Shown: positions 7,888 through 18,377 of the stretch, one piece after another
Layout: the number at the start of each line of letters is the position of its first letter
Numbering within the stretch: position 1 is the stretch's first letter
Source: a virus
Lineage: Duplodnaviria > Caudoviricetes
Virus record (IMG/VR): IMGVR_UViG_3300027740_000003
Coordinates: 320,001 to 384,000 of that record
Direction: 5' to 3' (one strand)
Length of the DNA: 64,000 bases
The notes under the pieces: generated by a model
The model's input: only the letters and a program-made list of their open reading frames with translations
Told to the model about the DNA's origin: nothing
The model's database searches: none
Program-made: the position numbers and the translations under genes

Positions 7888-10812
7888 TTAATGCTGTATT
7901 ATGCCATTTACAAATTTAAAACAGATGTTGCCGGTCTGGCTTTCTTTTAGTATTATTACGGGTAATTTGTCCAACCCCAATCCAACAGCTAAACTAACTC
8001 TTCCCCTTCCATCTCCAATCATTGTTCCAGCTTCTAATGTATCTACCAAAATAATAGGAGGTATATCCTTCCAAGTTTTTACTAAATCTCCCCATCCGGG
8101 CCGGAATCTGTTCAATTCCCCTATAAAATCCTCATCTGCTATTTCTTTCAATTCTCCCGGGTCAAATTCTCCCCAGCTAGAATAATCATCCCAATTCAAT
8201 ATCTCCTTTAAATTCATAATTTTTTGTTCAACTATATCATAGCGGGCTTCCCCAGTAAAAGTACAGTCTTCTTGAAGGATTGCGTGTTGTACTGCGTCTT
8301 CTATGTCTTTAGACATTGCTGCTTTAAATAATGGCGTCGCAATATTGTCTTTGTCATATTTATTCAAATGATTATTTATTTCTTCTATTTCTTCTGGTTT
8401 TAAAGAAGACTCTTTTGCAACACGGAAAATTTCCTTTAATCTTTTTTCTCCCAATCTAGCATTATTATTATTGCCAATAAGATCTTTTACATTTCTTACC
8501 CAGATATCATCATCTGCCAGCTCTGGCAAAACCATATATTCTAATCCATAAAGACGCTTCTCTCTTTCCGCTTCCCTTAAAACATAATTAAGATCACTTC
8601 TTCTGTCTTCTGAAATGGTTCTAGATTGAACCAAACCATTAGTATTTTTTATTAATACACTTTCTGGAAGAACAAAAGGATCTGGTAGCCGTAGAATTAA
8701 ATCATACCATCCATAAAAACGCTCATACTTATCATAATTTTCTACAACTTTATCTATATTTTCTACGGCCCATTGTAATATTTCATTTTTAACTTTTCCA
8801 AAACTACCATTACTTAAAACGTCTAAATAAGCTTTATCATCCTTATATTCTGTAGAAATATAGTGTGATTTTATATCTGACATTGTTTTATTCAAAATGT
8901 TTGCATAATCAGAATACCCTTCCATCTTCCAAAGTCTTTCAATAATAAATTGTAAATTTGATATAATTTTATCATATTTTGTAAACCAATTATCTCCCTC
9001 AAACATATCTGATATGTTTCTTTTTAGATAATATATATCTTTCATAAGTTCATCATGAATAATATAATCTTTCCAGTTATCTCCATATTCTTTTTTATAT
9101 TTAATTTGTAATACTCTTTGATCTTTATTTAGTTTTGATAATATATTGTTTATTGTGGGTGCAATAAATTTCACCATTTCGGAAAGTTGTTCTGGATCTG
9201 TTTTTTCTTTATAGTGATGTGGCAAATGTGTTCCATAAGCAGGATAATATTCTATTTCTATAGGAACACTAGAAGATTTTTCCAACTTGTCTTTAATTTT
9301 TTGTGCGTCTGTCTCTTCTAGAGGATCTGATATAAAAATAACAATCTTTACTAAACTATCTTTAAATTCAAATGGCAAAGGTAATGCCCATTCTAGTTCA
9401 TATCTATAAATTTCACTGGTATAAGTGGGTTTTCCCCTTTCATAATTTTCAGTACCAGCAAATCCCCTGTTCATAATTTCTTCATCAGACAAATATTTAA
9501 CTTTCTTAACGCCTCGTCTTTGAAGCTTCCCAGCATCAAAAACAAATACAATTGCACCGAATTTACCAACGGCCCTTATATCACTAGTAAATGATACATT
9601 TGTAAAACTAGACGAAAGCCTATATATAGCTCTATTCTTTAACATAGAATATGCTTCTTCAACAGAATCAGTCGCATGATATAAATACTTTCCCAAGGCA
9701 GAAAATTCTTGTTTTGGTTTTGTTTTTAAACTTCTTTCCCAAGTTCTTCGTTCCGAAAATTCTCTTTTAACCCAAGACAATTCAGTGTATAATTTATAAA
9801 CCTTGCTCGCGTTGTCATATTCTTCAGCTATCATAAGAAATTTTCTTAATTCATATAATTCTTTAAGAACAATGTCTATCTCTTGTTCTTGCCAGGTCAT
9901 TGTATTTTTGTCCCATCCCATAGACAAAACTCTATCAAACAACTTTTCAATATCTTTAAATATTTCAGGTTCTTTTGATTTGCTTTTAATTTCAGAAATT
10001 TCTCTTCTTAAATAATCAAATCTATCTTTTTGGGACAATTTTAAAAAAGCCTGTTTTTTCATTGAAAAATTTATTACAACATCTTTTTCTTTCGTCCAAC
10101 CACCTTCGTCCATTTCTATAAGTTTTGCCGGAATTTTATCTAATTTATATTTTTTGCTCAATAATAATCTATGTCGGCCATCTTGAACAAATATCTCCCC
10201 AGGATGATCCGGATACATTATTAACTCAATTGGTTTTAATTCTTTAGGATATTCTCCCGAGCTATTACTAAAAATAGGCTTAAGATGCTTAAAACTTTCC
10301 TCTCTCAATCCTTTTGAATAAATATTTATATCATCGGCATAAATTTCTTCAACTGATGCTATTTTTTCTATACTATTTTCGGTACTTCCCTGGAGCGAAT
10401 AAATTCCATAGTAAGTATTTCTGCTGATATTATTATCTCCATACCAACCCATTGGATAAGAATATAATCCATCATAAGATGTTTGATCATAAACCCTAGT
10501 ATAATACTTAGAAGGCTCTAAATTATACGATCCCTCTCCGGGTGTATCGCTATCAAAATTACACTCAACAGCCTCCTTGTCCTCAATTATCTTTCCAGCA
10601 AATGGACATATCTGCCCATCTGATTGCAATATACAGAGTTTTCTATTTGCATTAATTAGAGCAACTATTTCTTCCTTCTCAGCGTCATCACCAAGAATAT
10701 CAATAGGAGCCATTCTGCGCACGCTATCTCCACAACTCTTGCAAGCCGTAGGTATATTGAGCCCAAATGGACACTCTTTGTCTTTGAGAATAGCCGCCAG
10801 TTTACACTTCAT
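7888..10812 (-). CDS. Large multidomain protein: Cys-rich N-domain, two ParB/Srx-like domains, possible ADP-ribosyltransferase-fold domain
   Basis: IFVQDGRHRLLLSKKYKLDKIPA and MIGDGRGRVSLAVGLGLDKLPV resemble ParB DGxHR motifs; YLYHAT...VSFTSD...YELEW resembles the H/S/ExE pattern of ART folds. Confidence 0.55.
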   Translation of the reverse strand: MKCKLAAILKDKECPFGLNIPTACKSCGDSVRRMAPIDILGDDAEKEEIVALINANRKLCILQSDGQICPFAGKIIEDKEAVECNFDSDTPGEGSYNLEPSKYYTRVYDQTSYDGLYSYPMGWYGDNNISRNTYYGIYSLQGSTENSIEKIASVEEIYADDINIYSKGLREESFKHLKPIFSNSSGEYPKELKPIELIMYPDHPGEIFVQDGRHRLLLSKKYKLDKIPAKLIEMDEGGWTKEKDVVINFSMKKQAFLKLSQKDRFDYLRREISEIKSKSKEPEIFKDIEKLFDRVLSMGWDKNTMTWQEQEIDIVLKELYELRKFLMIAEEYDNASKVYKLYTELSWVKREFSERRTWERSLKTKPKQEFSALGKYLYHATDSVEEAYSMLKNRAIYRLSSSFTNVSFTSDIRAVGKFGAIVFVFDAGKLQRRGVKKVKYLSDEEIMNRGFAGTENYERGKPTYTSEIYRYELEWALPLPFEFKDSLVKIVIFISDPLEETDAQKIKDKLEKSSSVPIEIEYYPAYGTHLPHHYKEKTDPEQLSEMVKFIAPTINNILSKLNKDQRVLQIKYKKEYGDNWKDYIIHDELMKDIYYLKRNISDMFEGDNWFTKYDKIISNLQFIIERLWKMEGYSDYANILNKTMSDIKSHYISTEYKDDKAYLDVLSNGSFGKVKNEILQWAVENIDKVVENYDKYERFYGWYDLILRLPDPFVLPESVLIKNTNGLVQSRTISEDRRSDLNYVLREAEREKRLYGLEYMVLPELADDDIWVRNVKDLIGNNNNARLGEKRLKEIFRVAKESSLKPEEIEEINNHLNKYDKDNIATPLFKAAMSKDIEDAVQHAILQEDCTFTGEARYDIVEQKIMNLKEILNWDDYSSWGEFDPGELKEIADEDFIGELNRFRPGWGDLVKTWKDIPPIILVDTLEAGTMIGDGRGRVSLAVGLGLDKLPVIILKESQTGNICFKFVNGIIQH

Positions 10813-12643
10813 TATATAATATCCTAGTTAATTCGTCCAACATTGCTAACTTCTTTCCCTTAGCTTTGTACCTACGCTTCCTTTGCTTCTTTATAAAATC
10901 TTTTATAGGTTTACCTCCATATGGCAATCCATTATTCTGGGAATATGGCCCCGAACCTAAATCTGGATTCTTTGATATCATTGGGCCATGTGGTCCAGGC
11001 CACTCCCTAACCTGCCCTCCTTCGTCCTTCTTCTGTTTCTTTTTGCCAGCTTGTTTATTTATTTTAATATATTGTCTGGCTATTTCTAAAGCTTCTTCCT
11101 TAGAAAGAGCTGGATTTTCAAGCAACTTATCATCAATTAACTTCATTATCTGCCCGATTATAGGCCCTTTTTTAATTCCAAGACCTATAATATCATTACC
11201 TGAAATGGGTCTGGCCATTACAGTTTGACCACCAGGCAAAGCTTTTCTTATATTATTTCTTAATGTTTCATATCTGCCCGTCTCAGAAGCAATTTGCTCT
11301 GGGCTCATTTTTTCCTTTCCTAAAGCATCTGCTGCCCCTAAATCTATACCATGTTCCCATTCGTCCCCTAATTCTCTGGTATACTTACGATAAGCTTTTT
11401 CACTTACTCCTTCGTCTAATAAACCATGTGTCCTCATATGAGAATCAATTAATAATTTTACTCTTTTTATTATGTCTTTAGGCGCTTTAAGCCTATTTAG
11501 AATGGTTTCTGCCAATTGTCCGGAAAGTTCTTCATGGCCATGATATGTTGTATGTCCTGATTCGTTGGTCCCATGAACACCTTGATATCTTTTACCAATA
11601 TCATGAAGAAGTCCGGCAAGATTTCTAACTAGATATGTTTCATATTCTTCTTTAATAGGCTGTTTTGTTTGGTCTACTAGATTTTTAACAACAGATAATG
11701 TGTGCCCCCAAATATTAAGATTATGATGAGGATTATTCTGTTCTGTATCCCAAGGGACCAGCTGTTCTGATAGACCCATATCTCTCATTTCTTCTTCTGT
11801 TGGATCAAATATTAGTTCTAATAGACCTAATTGTTTAAGCAAAGACATTGCTCCTGTCGGGTCTTGGCCAATTAATGCTCCCGGTTTCCACTTATCTCCT
11901 TCCTTTTTACCAGCAAGCTCTGCCCAAATCCTTTCTTGAGACATCTTCTTTTTAAATGCTTCCTTGACATCAGGATTATGTGCGGCATTAATAATTCCAG
12001 GATCTAACTTCAGACCATATCTTGCAGCAAACCTAACTGTTCTTAATATGCGCAAAGGATCATCAAGAAATGTTTGAACCGGATCCATTGGCGTTCTGGC
12101 AATCCCTGCTTTTAAATCTTTTAATCCACCAACAAAATCTTCTATCTCATCTGTGTTGATATTATAAAATAATGCATTAATTGTCAAATCCCTTCTCTTG
12201 GAATCCTCTTCTGGAGTTCCTGTCTCTATTTGAGGAATTCTACTATCTGCATATGTTTCTGTTCTCAAATTAACAAAATCAATAGGCAAACCAAATAATC
12301 TAACCATTGCTGTGGCTAAATGCTTGGACTGATCTGGGTTAGATTGAACAACAGAAATTTCATGTGTCTTTAATCCTTTTTCTCTCATATATTCATTAAC
12401 AATATTTGCAAACTTTTCTCCTGTCATATTACTAATTGCAACGTCTATATCATTGGATGTTTTGCCCATCAATTTATCTCTAATCCACCCACCGGCAACC
12501 CTCAAAATAGTATCAGGAGTTTTATTTTTAATAACCTCTTTCAATAAAGAAAATATATTATCTTCCGTACTTGTTAAAGAAATATTCGTGTTCATAGAAT
12601 ATTTTTCAAATAAAGAAGATAATTTAACAACCAAATCAATCAT
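10802..12643 (-). CDS. cca: CCA-adding tRNA nucleotidyltransferase (class II) with HD domain
   Basis: RVAGGWIRD, NDIDVA, DFVNLRTETY, RRDLTINA, DDPLRILR; HD region HHNLNIWGHT...LLHDIGK...YHGHE. Confidence 0.92.
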   Translation of the reverse strand: MIDLVVKLSSLFEKYSMNTNISLTSTEDNIFSLLKEVIKNKTPDTILRVAGGWIRDKLMGKTSNDIDVAISNMTGEKFANIVNEYMREKGLKTHEISVVQSNPDQSKHLATAMVRLFGLPIDFVNLRTETYADSRIPQIETGTPEEDSKRRDLTINALFYNINTDEIEDFVGGLKDLKAGIARTPMDPVQTFLDDPLRILRTVRFAARYGLKLDPGIINAAHNPDVKEAFKKKMSQERIWAELAGKKEGDKWKPGALIGQDPTGAMSLLKQLGLLELIFDPTEEEMRDMGLSEQLVPWDTEQNNPHHNLNIWGHTLSVVKNLVDQTKQPIKEEYETYLVRNLAGLLHDIGKRYQGVHGTNESGHTTYHGHEELSGQLAETILNRLKAPKDIIKRVKLLIDSHMRTHGLLDEGVSEKAYRKYTRELGDEWEHGIDLGAADALGKEKMSPEQIASETGRYETLRNNIRKALPGGQTVMARPISGNDIIGLGIKKGPIIGQIMKLIDDKLLENPALSKEEALEIARQYIKINKQAGKKKQKKDEGGQVREWPGPHGPMISKNPDLGSGPYSQNNGLPYGGKPIKDFIKKQRKRRYKAKGKKLAMLDELTRILYNEV

Positions 12644-13395
12644 AAAATACCTACATTGTGCGACATATAAGGTGCTATTTTATCAGAAACAGGAATATAT
12701 GGCCATAGTCCCATTTCGTCCAATAACTTCACTGAAATATCTGGGTTATATTCAAATGCTTTATTAATCTTTTTTGATACATATTCTTGACCACCATTGG
12801 CCGTAATTTTTTCGGGATATTGTTTGACCCATTTTATAATTTCTTGATCAACCTGAAACCCTAATTTGGCAGCCATATATACAACTCTAACAATTCTTCT
12901 ATTATCAGATCCAAGAGTTATTCTTGCTGGCAAACATGTTCTTAATTTTTTTTCCTTTATATCTTGTATTCCCAAACCAATTGGATCAAATATCTTTTTA
13001 AGATCCAATTTCATAAGCAATGCGTTGCAGGTAAAGTCTCTACTATACAATTCTTGTTGCATTGCTGTAGGATTTTTCATTCCCACCGAGGAAAGCATTT
13101 TTATTATTCCTGGCTCAATATAATTTGTTGAGAAATCTAGTTTTATCCCTGGGAAAATAAGCTGAGCATGACCGTCATTCATTTCTTTGAATGATGATTG
13201 TCCAGCCGTTTTGGTTGCCATTGTCTTGGCAAGTATATGAATTGAATTGTCTCCAGTAGTAATATCAATGTCTTCAATTGTCATGGGTTTACCCATAACT
13301 TTGTCTCTAGGAGTCCCTCCACAAATAAAAGGTGTAGCTGTCCCTAATTCTTGTGCCGTTTTGGACAATAAATCAAGTATCTCTTTTAATTGCAT
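12640..13395 (-). CDS. Second, short class II nucleotidyltransferase (CCA/poly(A) polymerase head and neck only)
   Basis: FICGGTPRD, EDIDIT, SRDFTCNA, DNRRIVR...AAKLGF; 251 aa, no HD or tail domain. Confidence 0.8.
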   Translation of the reverse strand: MQLKEILDLLSKTAQELGTATPFICGGTPRDKVMGKPMTIEDIDITTGDNSIHILAKTMATKTAGQSSFKEMNDGHAQLIFPGIKLDFSTNYIEPGIIKMLSSVGMKNPTAMQQELYSRDFTCNALLMKLDLKKIFDPIGLGIQDIKEKKLRTCLPARITLGSDNRRIVRVVYMAAKLGFQVDQEIIKWVKQYPEKITANGGQEYVSKKINKAFEYNPDISVKLLDEMGLWPYIPVSDKIAPYMSHNVGIL

Positions 13396-15215
13396 TATAC
13401 TCTAACTCCTGGTTGTTTTGGCGCCTCCACTTCCACCGGAGCTGCTAATTCTGGTGCCTCATTTGCCTTTGGAGGCTCCTCTGGGGCAACTTTAGGAGGA
13501 ACTGTTCCTGGAGCCCCTGGAACAGCCGGAGGGCCTCCTGGAGTCATATTAGCCTGCTCCTTTTGCTGACGCTTCTCGGAATCATTATCCTCTGCTGTCT
13601 CAAGTTTCTGTTTTAGAATATCAAGCTGGCCACTCTCTGCCGCCGAAGCTCCTCGCAACTTAGCCAATATGTCCTCGATACGTGTTAAAACATACTGATT
13701 CGAATCAAGTGCAGATTTGGTTGCCTCTGCCATATTTGGGAAATATGAAGATATTCCAACAGCATCCATCATTAAATCAACTATTGTTAATTCTCTTGCT
13801 AATGGCCTATTTTTATAAAGCTGAGTTAGTCCCTCTAATTTAAGAATAATATCTTTAATTGTAATATGCTTTAAAGCTTCTTCTATTACTTCATCTCCGT
13901 CTTTTGTAGTTGGGGTTATAGCGGAATCTGGAACAATAGGATCAGAGGCAGGTGGAACCTCTGGTATAGGCGCTTCCTGAGCCATCTTATACAAATCATA
14001 TTCTTCCTCTGAAACAACAAGATCATCAGCCTCGAACTTCTCTTCTTTTTCCTTATTCTTGTCCGGTTTTGCTCCCAAATTCTCCATAAACTCATTCATG
14101 GCAGCATCAGGGTCATTATCCGTCTCTCCTCCAGCACCTCCCATATCCGGCATATCAGGAGGAAGTTCCAAATCTCCACCACCTTCTCCAACAGGAGGAG
14201 GAGCAACTGGCGCACCCTGCGCCGTTTTTACCATAACATTTGTATCAACCAAACCAATAGCACTAACATATAATAATGCCACATCTGTCTTTGATCCATT
14301 ATTGATGCGCAATTTGTTGCCATATTTTATGACCAAGTCCTCTATAGTGGCCACATTCTGTATTGGTGCAGTTTGTAATTTCCTTTTTAATTGCTGTAAT
14401 GTTGCTAACCAAGCTTCATGTTCAGTTCCAAGCAATTTTCTAAAATCATCATTAAAAGCATATAATTTCTCGGCGGAAGTTAATCTTGCAACAATCTGTT
14501 GAACCAAATCTCTTATTGTTTTTTTCTTTTCTGCTTTACTTTGCACTTCTTCAGGTTCATCTTCTTGTGGCCCCATAGGAATCCTAGCTTTTGGAAAAGA
14601 TCCAATCGGAACCGGGGCGCCACCAAAATCATGGTAAACCTTCTCGCTTTCCGCAGCAAGTTTGTAAGATAAATGATTTCCACCTTCGTAGAATTTTAAC
14701 CAGTGTTCAAAGTCTCTTTTTTCCATGGTATCCCATTTTTCAGTAATTTTATCAATTGCTTGTTTTTGATTCAACCCTTTATATTTTAAAGCATAAATGC
14801 CTCGCATGGCTTGAACCCATTTCTCTAATTGACGTGGAGGCTGATAGAACCCTTGATCTGTCCCCTGTGGATATGCCATTTTCTTAATAGGTCCAATATC
14901 TTTTATTGCTGCCTCAACTGCCCTATAAAAATTAGTAATTGTATTTATTGGATTTTCTTCTCTTTTACCATAAACTACATGTGCTATTTTAGCCAATTCC
15001 TCTGTTTCTACATTCCCAACAATATCTTTTATTATCATTGGAACATAGGCCATTACATAAAAAAAATCTCGATAATCTTCCTCATTATCAACCCCCGCAG
15101 AACACATTGCTGAAAATGTGTCATGAAGCTCTGTTAATAATTCTTTTTTATCATTACCGGCATTTTTTTCAATAAAATCTATTCTTTCTTTTAACTTATT
15201 TATAATAAAACTCAT
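13395..15215 (-). CDS. Probable virion (internal head) protein
   Basis: 606 aa with multiple K-x-A motifs (KMAY, KLAA, KTAQ, KMAQ) followed by Pro/Gly/acidic linkers. Confidence 0.5.
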   Translation of the reverse strand: MSFIINKLKERIDFIEKNAGNDKKELLTELHDTFSAMCSAGVDNEEDYRDFFYVMAYVPMIIKDIVGNVETEELAKIAHVVYGKREENPINTITNFYRAVEAAIKDIGPIKKMAYPQGTDQGFYQPPRQLEKWVQAMRGIYALKYKGLNQKQAIDKITEKWDTMEKRDFEHWLKFYEGGNHLSYKLAAESEKVYHDFGGAPVPIGSFPKARIPMGPQEDEPEEVQSKAEKKKTIRDLVQQIVARLTSAEKLYAFNDDFRKLLGTEHEAWLATLQQLKRKLQTAPIQNVATIEDLVIKYGNKLRINNGSKTDVALLYVSAIGLVDTNVMVKTAQGAPVAPPPVGEGGGDLELPPDMPDMGGAGGETDNDPDAAMNEFMENLGAKPDKNKEKEEKFEADDLVVSEEEYDLYKMAQEAPIPEVPPASDPIVPDSAITPTTKDGDEVIEEALKHITIKDIILKLEGLTQLYKNRPLARELTIVDLMMDAVGISSYFPNMAEATKSALDSNQYVLTRIEDILAKLRGASAAESGQLDILKQKLETAEDNDSEKRQQKEQANMTPGGPPAVPGAPGTVPPKVAPEEPPKANEAPELAAPVEVEAPKQPGVRV

Positions 15216-15967
15216 TCTTCTCCCTCCTTTTCTAAAAGGGAGTTAACTTTAGTATTTAATATTTGAACCTCATTTATTCTTTTTTCAATTGATACGGTTT
15301 GTGGTTTAGGCTCCTCAAGCATTGGCATTTTTTCATTCATTTTTTCCATAAATAAAAATGCCATCTGAGGATCAACTTCTGCACACGTTTCCCTAATGGC
15401 ATCTTGAAGAAATATTGTATATTGTTGTGTTGCTTGAATATTTATATTATGCTGTACAACCATATCAGGTGCTTCATTTATAATCTTATTGGCTTTTTCA
15501 AGAGCATTTATAAGTACCTCAAACCATTTTATTAATCCATAATCTGGTTTCAAATTAGAAGGATTCTCCTGCATCTTATCAAAGTATTGCTCAACCCTAG
15601 ACTCCATTAAAAAAATCAATTTTGTTAATGTTTTCTTAAGATCAATCTCGTTATCTGCTAACTCATTTATTCTTTCTCTATAAGTTTTATTATTTCTCAA
15701 AGAAGCAGCAATTTCTTTATTTAAATTCTGCCCATTCTTTATTCCAGAAATGTCCTGTTGGATCTGTTTATTCAGATCCATAACTCCGTCATTATCCGCA
15801 AATTCCTTCAACAAAGCGGCTGAAAGACGCAGATGACTCTGTTCCTTTTCAGGATATTTTAACTTAAGCCAATCGGCAACATCCTTAGATCGGATGCCGG
15901 TCATCAATTTGCTTATTATCTCATCCTTATTTGGGTGAGAAAGAATCTTACTAAAATCTGCAACCAT
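15212..15967 (-). CDS. Hypothetical protein (possible small terminase-like: HTH-like N-end plus helical oligomerisation region)
   Basis: 251 aa; functional guess from architecture and location only. Confidence 0.35.
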   Translation of the reverse strand: MVADFSKILSHPNKDEIISKLMTGIRSKDVADWLKLKYPEKEQSHLRLSAALLKEFADNDGVMDLNKQIQQDISGIKNGQNLNKEIAASLRNNKTYRERINELADNEIDLKKTLTKLIFLMESRVEQYFDKMQENPSNLKPDYGLIKWFEVLINALEKANKIINEAPDMVVQHNINIQATQQYTIFLQDAIRETCAEVDPQMAFLFMEKMNEKMPMLEEPKPQTVSIEKRINEVQILNTKVNSLLEKEGEE

Positions 15968-15981
15968 TTATTCTCCGCAAA

Positions 15982-16707
15982 TTAGCCCCGATTTAGGACC
16001 TCTTCACGGGAACTAAAGTTCATGCTGTCTTGGGCCCTGAATCCGAGCTGTGCTGTTTGGTTGGATACATCACTTCCTGGTACAACATTGCCCTTCGCTG
16101 TGGTATATCCTGCTTTAAAATCATATATCTTCTTAGTTATTGGACATTGCCAAATTCCTTCACCAATTCTAACTAAACTTACACCAGGCATGTCCGGACT
16201 ATATCTAGTGCTTAATGATGCCTCCATTGGCCTATATTTCTTTACCTTTGCATCAATTTCTTTTATTGCATCATTTACATTAATTTCTTTTTTAAACTGC
16301 TCCCTGCCTTTTGTATATTCATCACGGTTTGTATCACGATATTTTGCCCGAAGTCTGTCTATCTCATCTTCCTGGGCCTTCTTGAAGGCCCCTTGCGCTT
16401 TTGGGTCAGCACCTATGGTAAGCAGTATCTCGTCCATTACTGATGCCTGCTTCTGTAAGAATTCATCTCCGCTCTCATCAAACGCCTGTGCTAATATAGC
16501 AAATTCGTCCAAATCTTGAGCTTTTAATCCTTCTTTTTCACCCAGTATACTTGTGGCTATTTTTAAATGTTCTGCCGCTTCTTGTAAAGCCGAAACAAAT
16601 AAAACCAAATCTTCATCATTTAATAGTTGCTCAGCCTCTTTTAAAAAAGAACTGTCCGGCAAAGAACATTCATTAACTAATTTTGCAAATTTTTCTATTA
16701 ATTTCAT
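15982..16707 (-). CDS. Hypothetical protein, morphogenesis module
   Basis: 241 aa, GGAG SD, KFAK/KQAS motifs. Confidence 0.55.
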   Translation of the reverse strand: MKLIEKFAKLVNECSLPDSSFLKEAEQLLNDEDLVLFVSALQEAAEHLKIATSILGEKEGLKAQDLDEFAILAQAFDESGDEFLQKQASVMDEILLTIGADPKAQGAFKKAQEDEIDRLRAKYRDTNRDEYTKGREQFKKEINVNDAIKEIDAKVKKYRPMEASLSTRYSPDMPGVSLVRIGEGIWQCPITKKIYDFKAGYTTAKGNVVPGSDVSNQTAQLGFRAQDSMNFSSREEVLNRG

Positions 16708-18335
16708 TATAGCCCCATTATGATTTTTGCGTTCATAAATCCACCAGCGGCAACTTCATCTGTCTTTTCAGCATATTGTCTGCTCTTCAACTGAACTTGA
16801 CCATATTCATCAATATATACCTTGTCAGCAGGTAGTCCGGTTGTAGCCTCAACAACATTACCTCCAATCTTAATTGTCTTCATCCTTGGAGTAGCTTTTG
16901 CTTCTTTCTTAACTCCATTTAATGCTTCCATGTAAAGATCAAACGCATACTTTGTAGCCGTCTCATCACCTGTGGCCGCTAATGCTTTAAACGCATCTCC
17001 TGCCCTAACAATGTCCCCAACCTCACATGCCGCCTGAACCTCTTTTATAAGACCAGCTGGATTAGTTAAATCATATCCTAAAGCCATCGATGATGAATTA
17101 ATATCATTGGCTCCAAGAGCACTTCTAATTCCATCCTTATCAAAATTCTCTGGACCAGATGCTGTCAATACCATTCTAGGAGGCATCGCCCTACCATTAT
17201 CTACCTTAACCGGAACTTTAAATCCACTTCCCGCAACTGACACAGCATAAATAATTGAGTCATCATTAATGTTCGCAACCTTAACCTGAACATTGCTATA
17301 TCCAAGAGCCTCTAAACCATTCTGAACCCAATATCTGCCCATTCCAACAGCCTTTTGTCCAAATACAAACTCGGCCTGGCCTGCCACTGACCCTAACTGC
17401 TCAGCAAATGTTCTCGTCTGCTTGCTCTCTGGAAGTTGAACTGCCTTTGTCTCAGCATCTACCTTCTGATATAGAATCCCTTCGGGTGTAAGGTTGTTTC
17501 CACCTGTCTTTGCTTTAAAAGACATTACAGCTGCATCTACTGCGTCTAAACCTTCTGTGTCCGGCTCACCAGCCGCTATTGCTTTTGCTTTTTTGATAAT
17601 ATTGAATATCTGTTCTGAATTAACTCTATAATTCTTTCCGGCAGTCCTAACAACATGATCTTCAATTAATTTGTGATTAAGATTCTCAAATCCTGCTGGA
17701 GTAAGAAAAACAGTTGGAATCAACGCATTTTTATTAATAACCTCAACTGGAATCAATACCGAAGATTTGCCTCTAGGAGTCTCATAAGTTGCCTGGCAAA
17801 GAACAGCATAATCCCTGCCATCAACCGTCTGAACCACAGGATCTCCTGGTAGAGACGCGGCTACAAGTTTTTCTGCTTTCTTTGCAACTGTAGGATCATA
17901 TGCTTTATATGTGGTATTTTTATCAAAAGCCGCTTCTAATTCAGCTACCAAACCCTGATCAGCATGACGAGAATAAAGGTCTTCTATTGTCTGCCCTTCT
18001 TTTGCACTACGTCTGGTTTGTGCAGGTTCCGGAAGATTATGAGCTTTTAATCCAAGCTCTTCTTCTAGATATGCGGCACATTTTGTATTGCTGGTATAAA
18101 GGCTGTTGTATACATCAGCTAATTCTGCTCTGGTTATTAAATGACCACCGGGAGCATTTGATCTTCGACTAAGAAAATTAGCCATCTGAACAATTGTTTG
18201 ATCTTGTCCATTTTGCTGTGCTGCTTTTGTTAAACGCGAGGCCAGTCTGGCTGTAAAAAATCTATCAGCAGCAGCCATCTTGTTGCTCAGCTCAGATACA
18301 AAGTTTCTAAAATCCTGTATGCTTCTGGGGTCCAT
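16707..18335 (-). CDS. Probable virion structural protein
   Basis: 542 aa, Ala-rich, in head module, TAATG overlap with next gene. Confidence 0.5.
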   Translation of the reverse strand: MDPRSIQDFRNFVSELSNKMAAADRFFTARLASRLTKAAQQNGQDQTIVQMANFLSRRSNAPGGHLITRAELADVYNSLYTSNTKCAAYLEEELGLKAHNLPEPAQTRRSAKEGQTIEDLYSRHADQGLVAELEAAFDKNTTYKAYDPTVAKKAEKLVAASLPGDPVVQTVDGRDYAVLCQATYETPRGKSSVLIPVEVINKNALIPTVFLTPAGFENLNHKLIEDHVVRTAGKNYRVNSEQIFNIIKKAKAIAAGEPDTEGLDAVDAAVMSFKAKTGGNNLTPEGILYQKVDAETKAVQLPESKQTRTFAEQLGSVAGQAEFVFGQKAVGMGRYWVQNGLEALGYSNVQVKVANINDDSIIYAVSVAGSGFKVPVKVDNGRAMPPRMVLTASGPENFDKDGIRSALGANDINSSSMALGYDLTNPAGLIKEVQAACEVGDIVRAGDAFKALAATGDETATKYAFDLYMEALNGVKKEAKATPRMKTIKIGGNVVEATTGLPADKVYIDEYGQVQLKSRQYAEKTDEVAAGGFMNAKIIMGL

Positions 18336-18377
18336 ATTAATAAATCCTATTAGGTGTTCTAAAATAATGCATAGATA

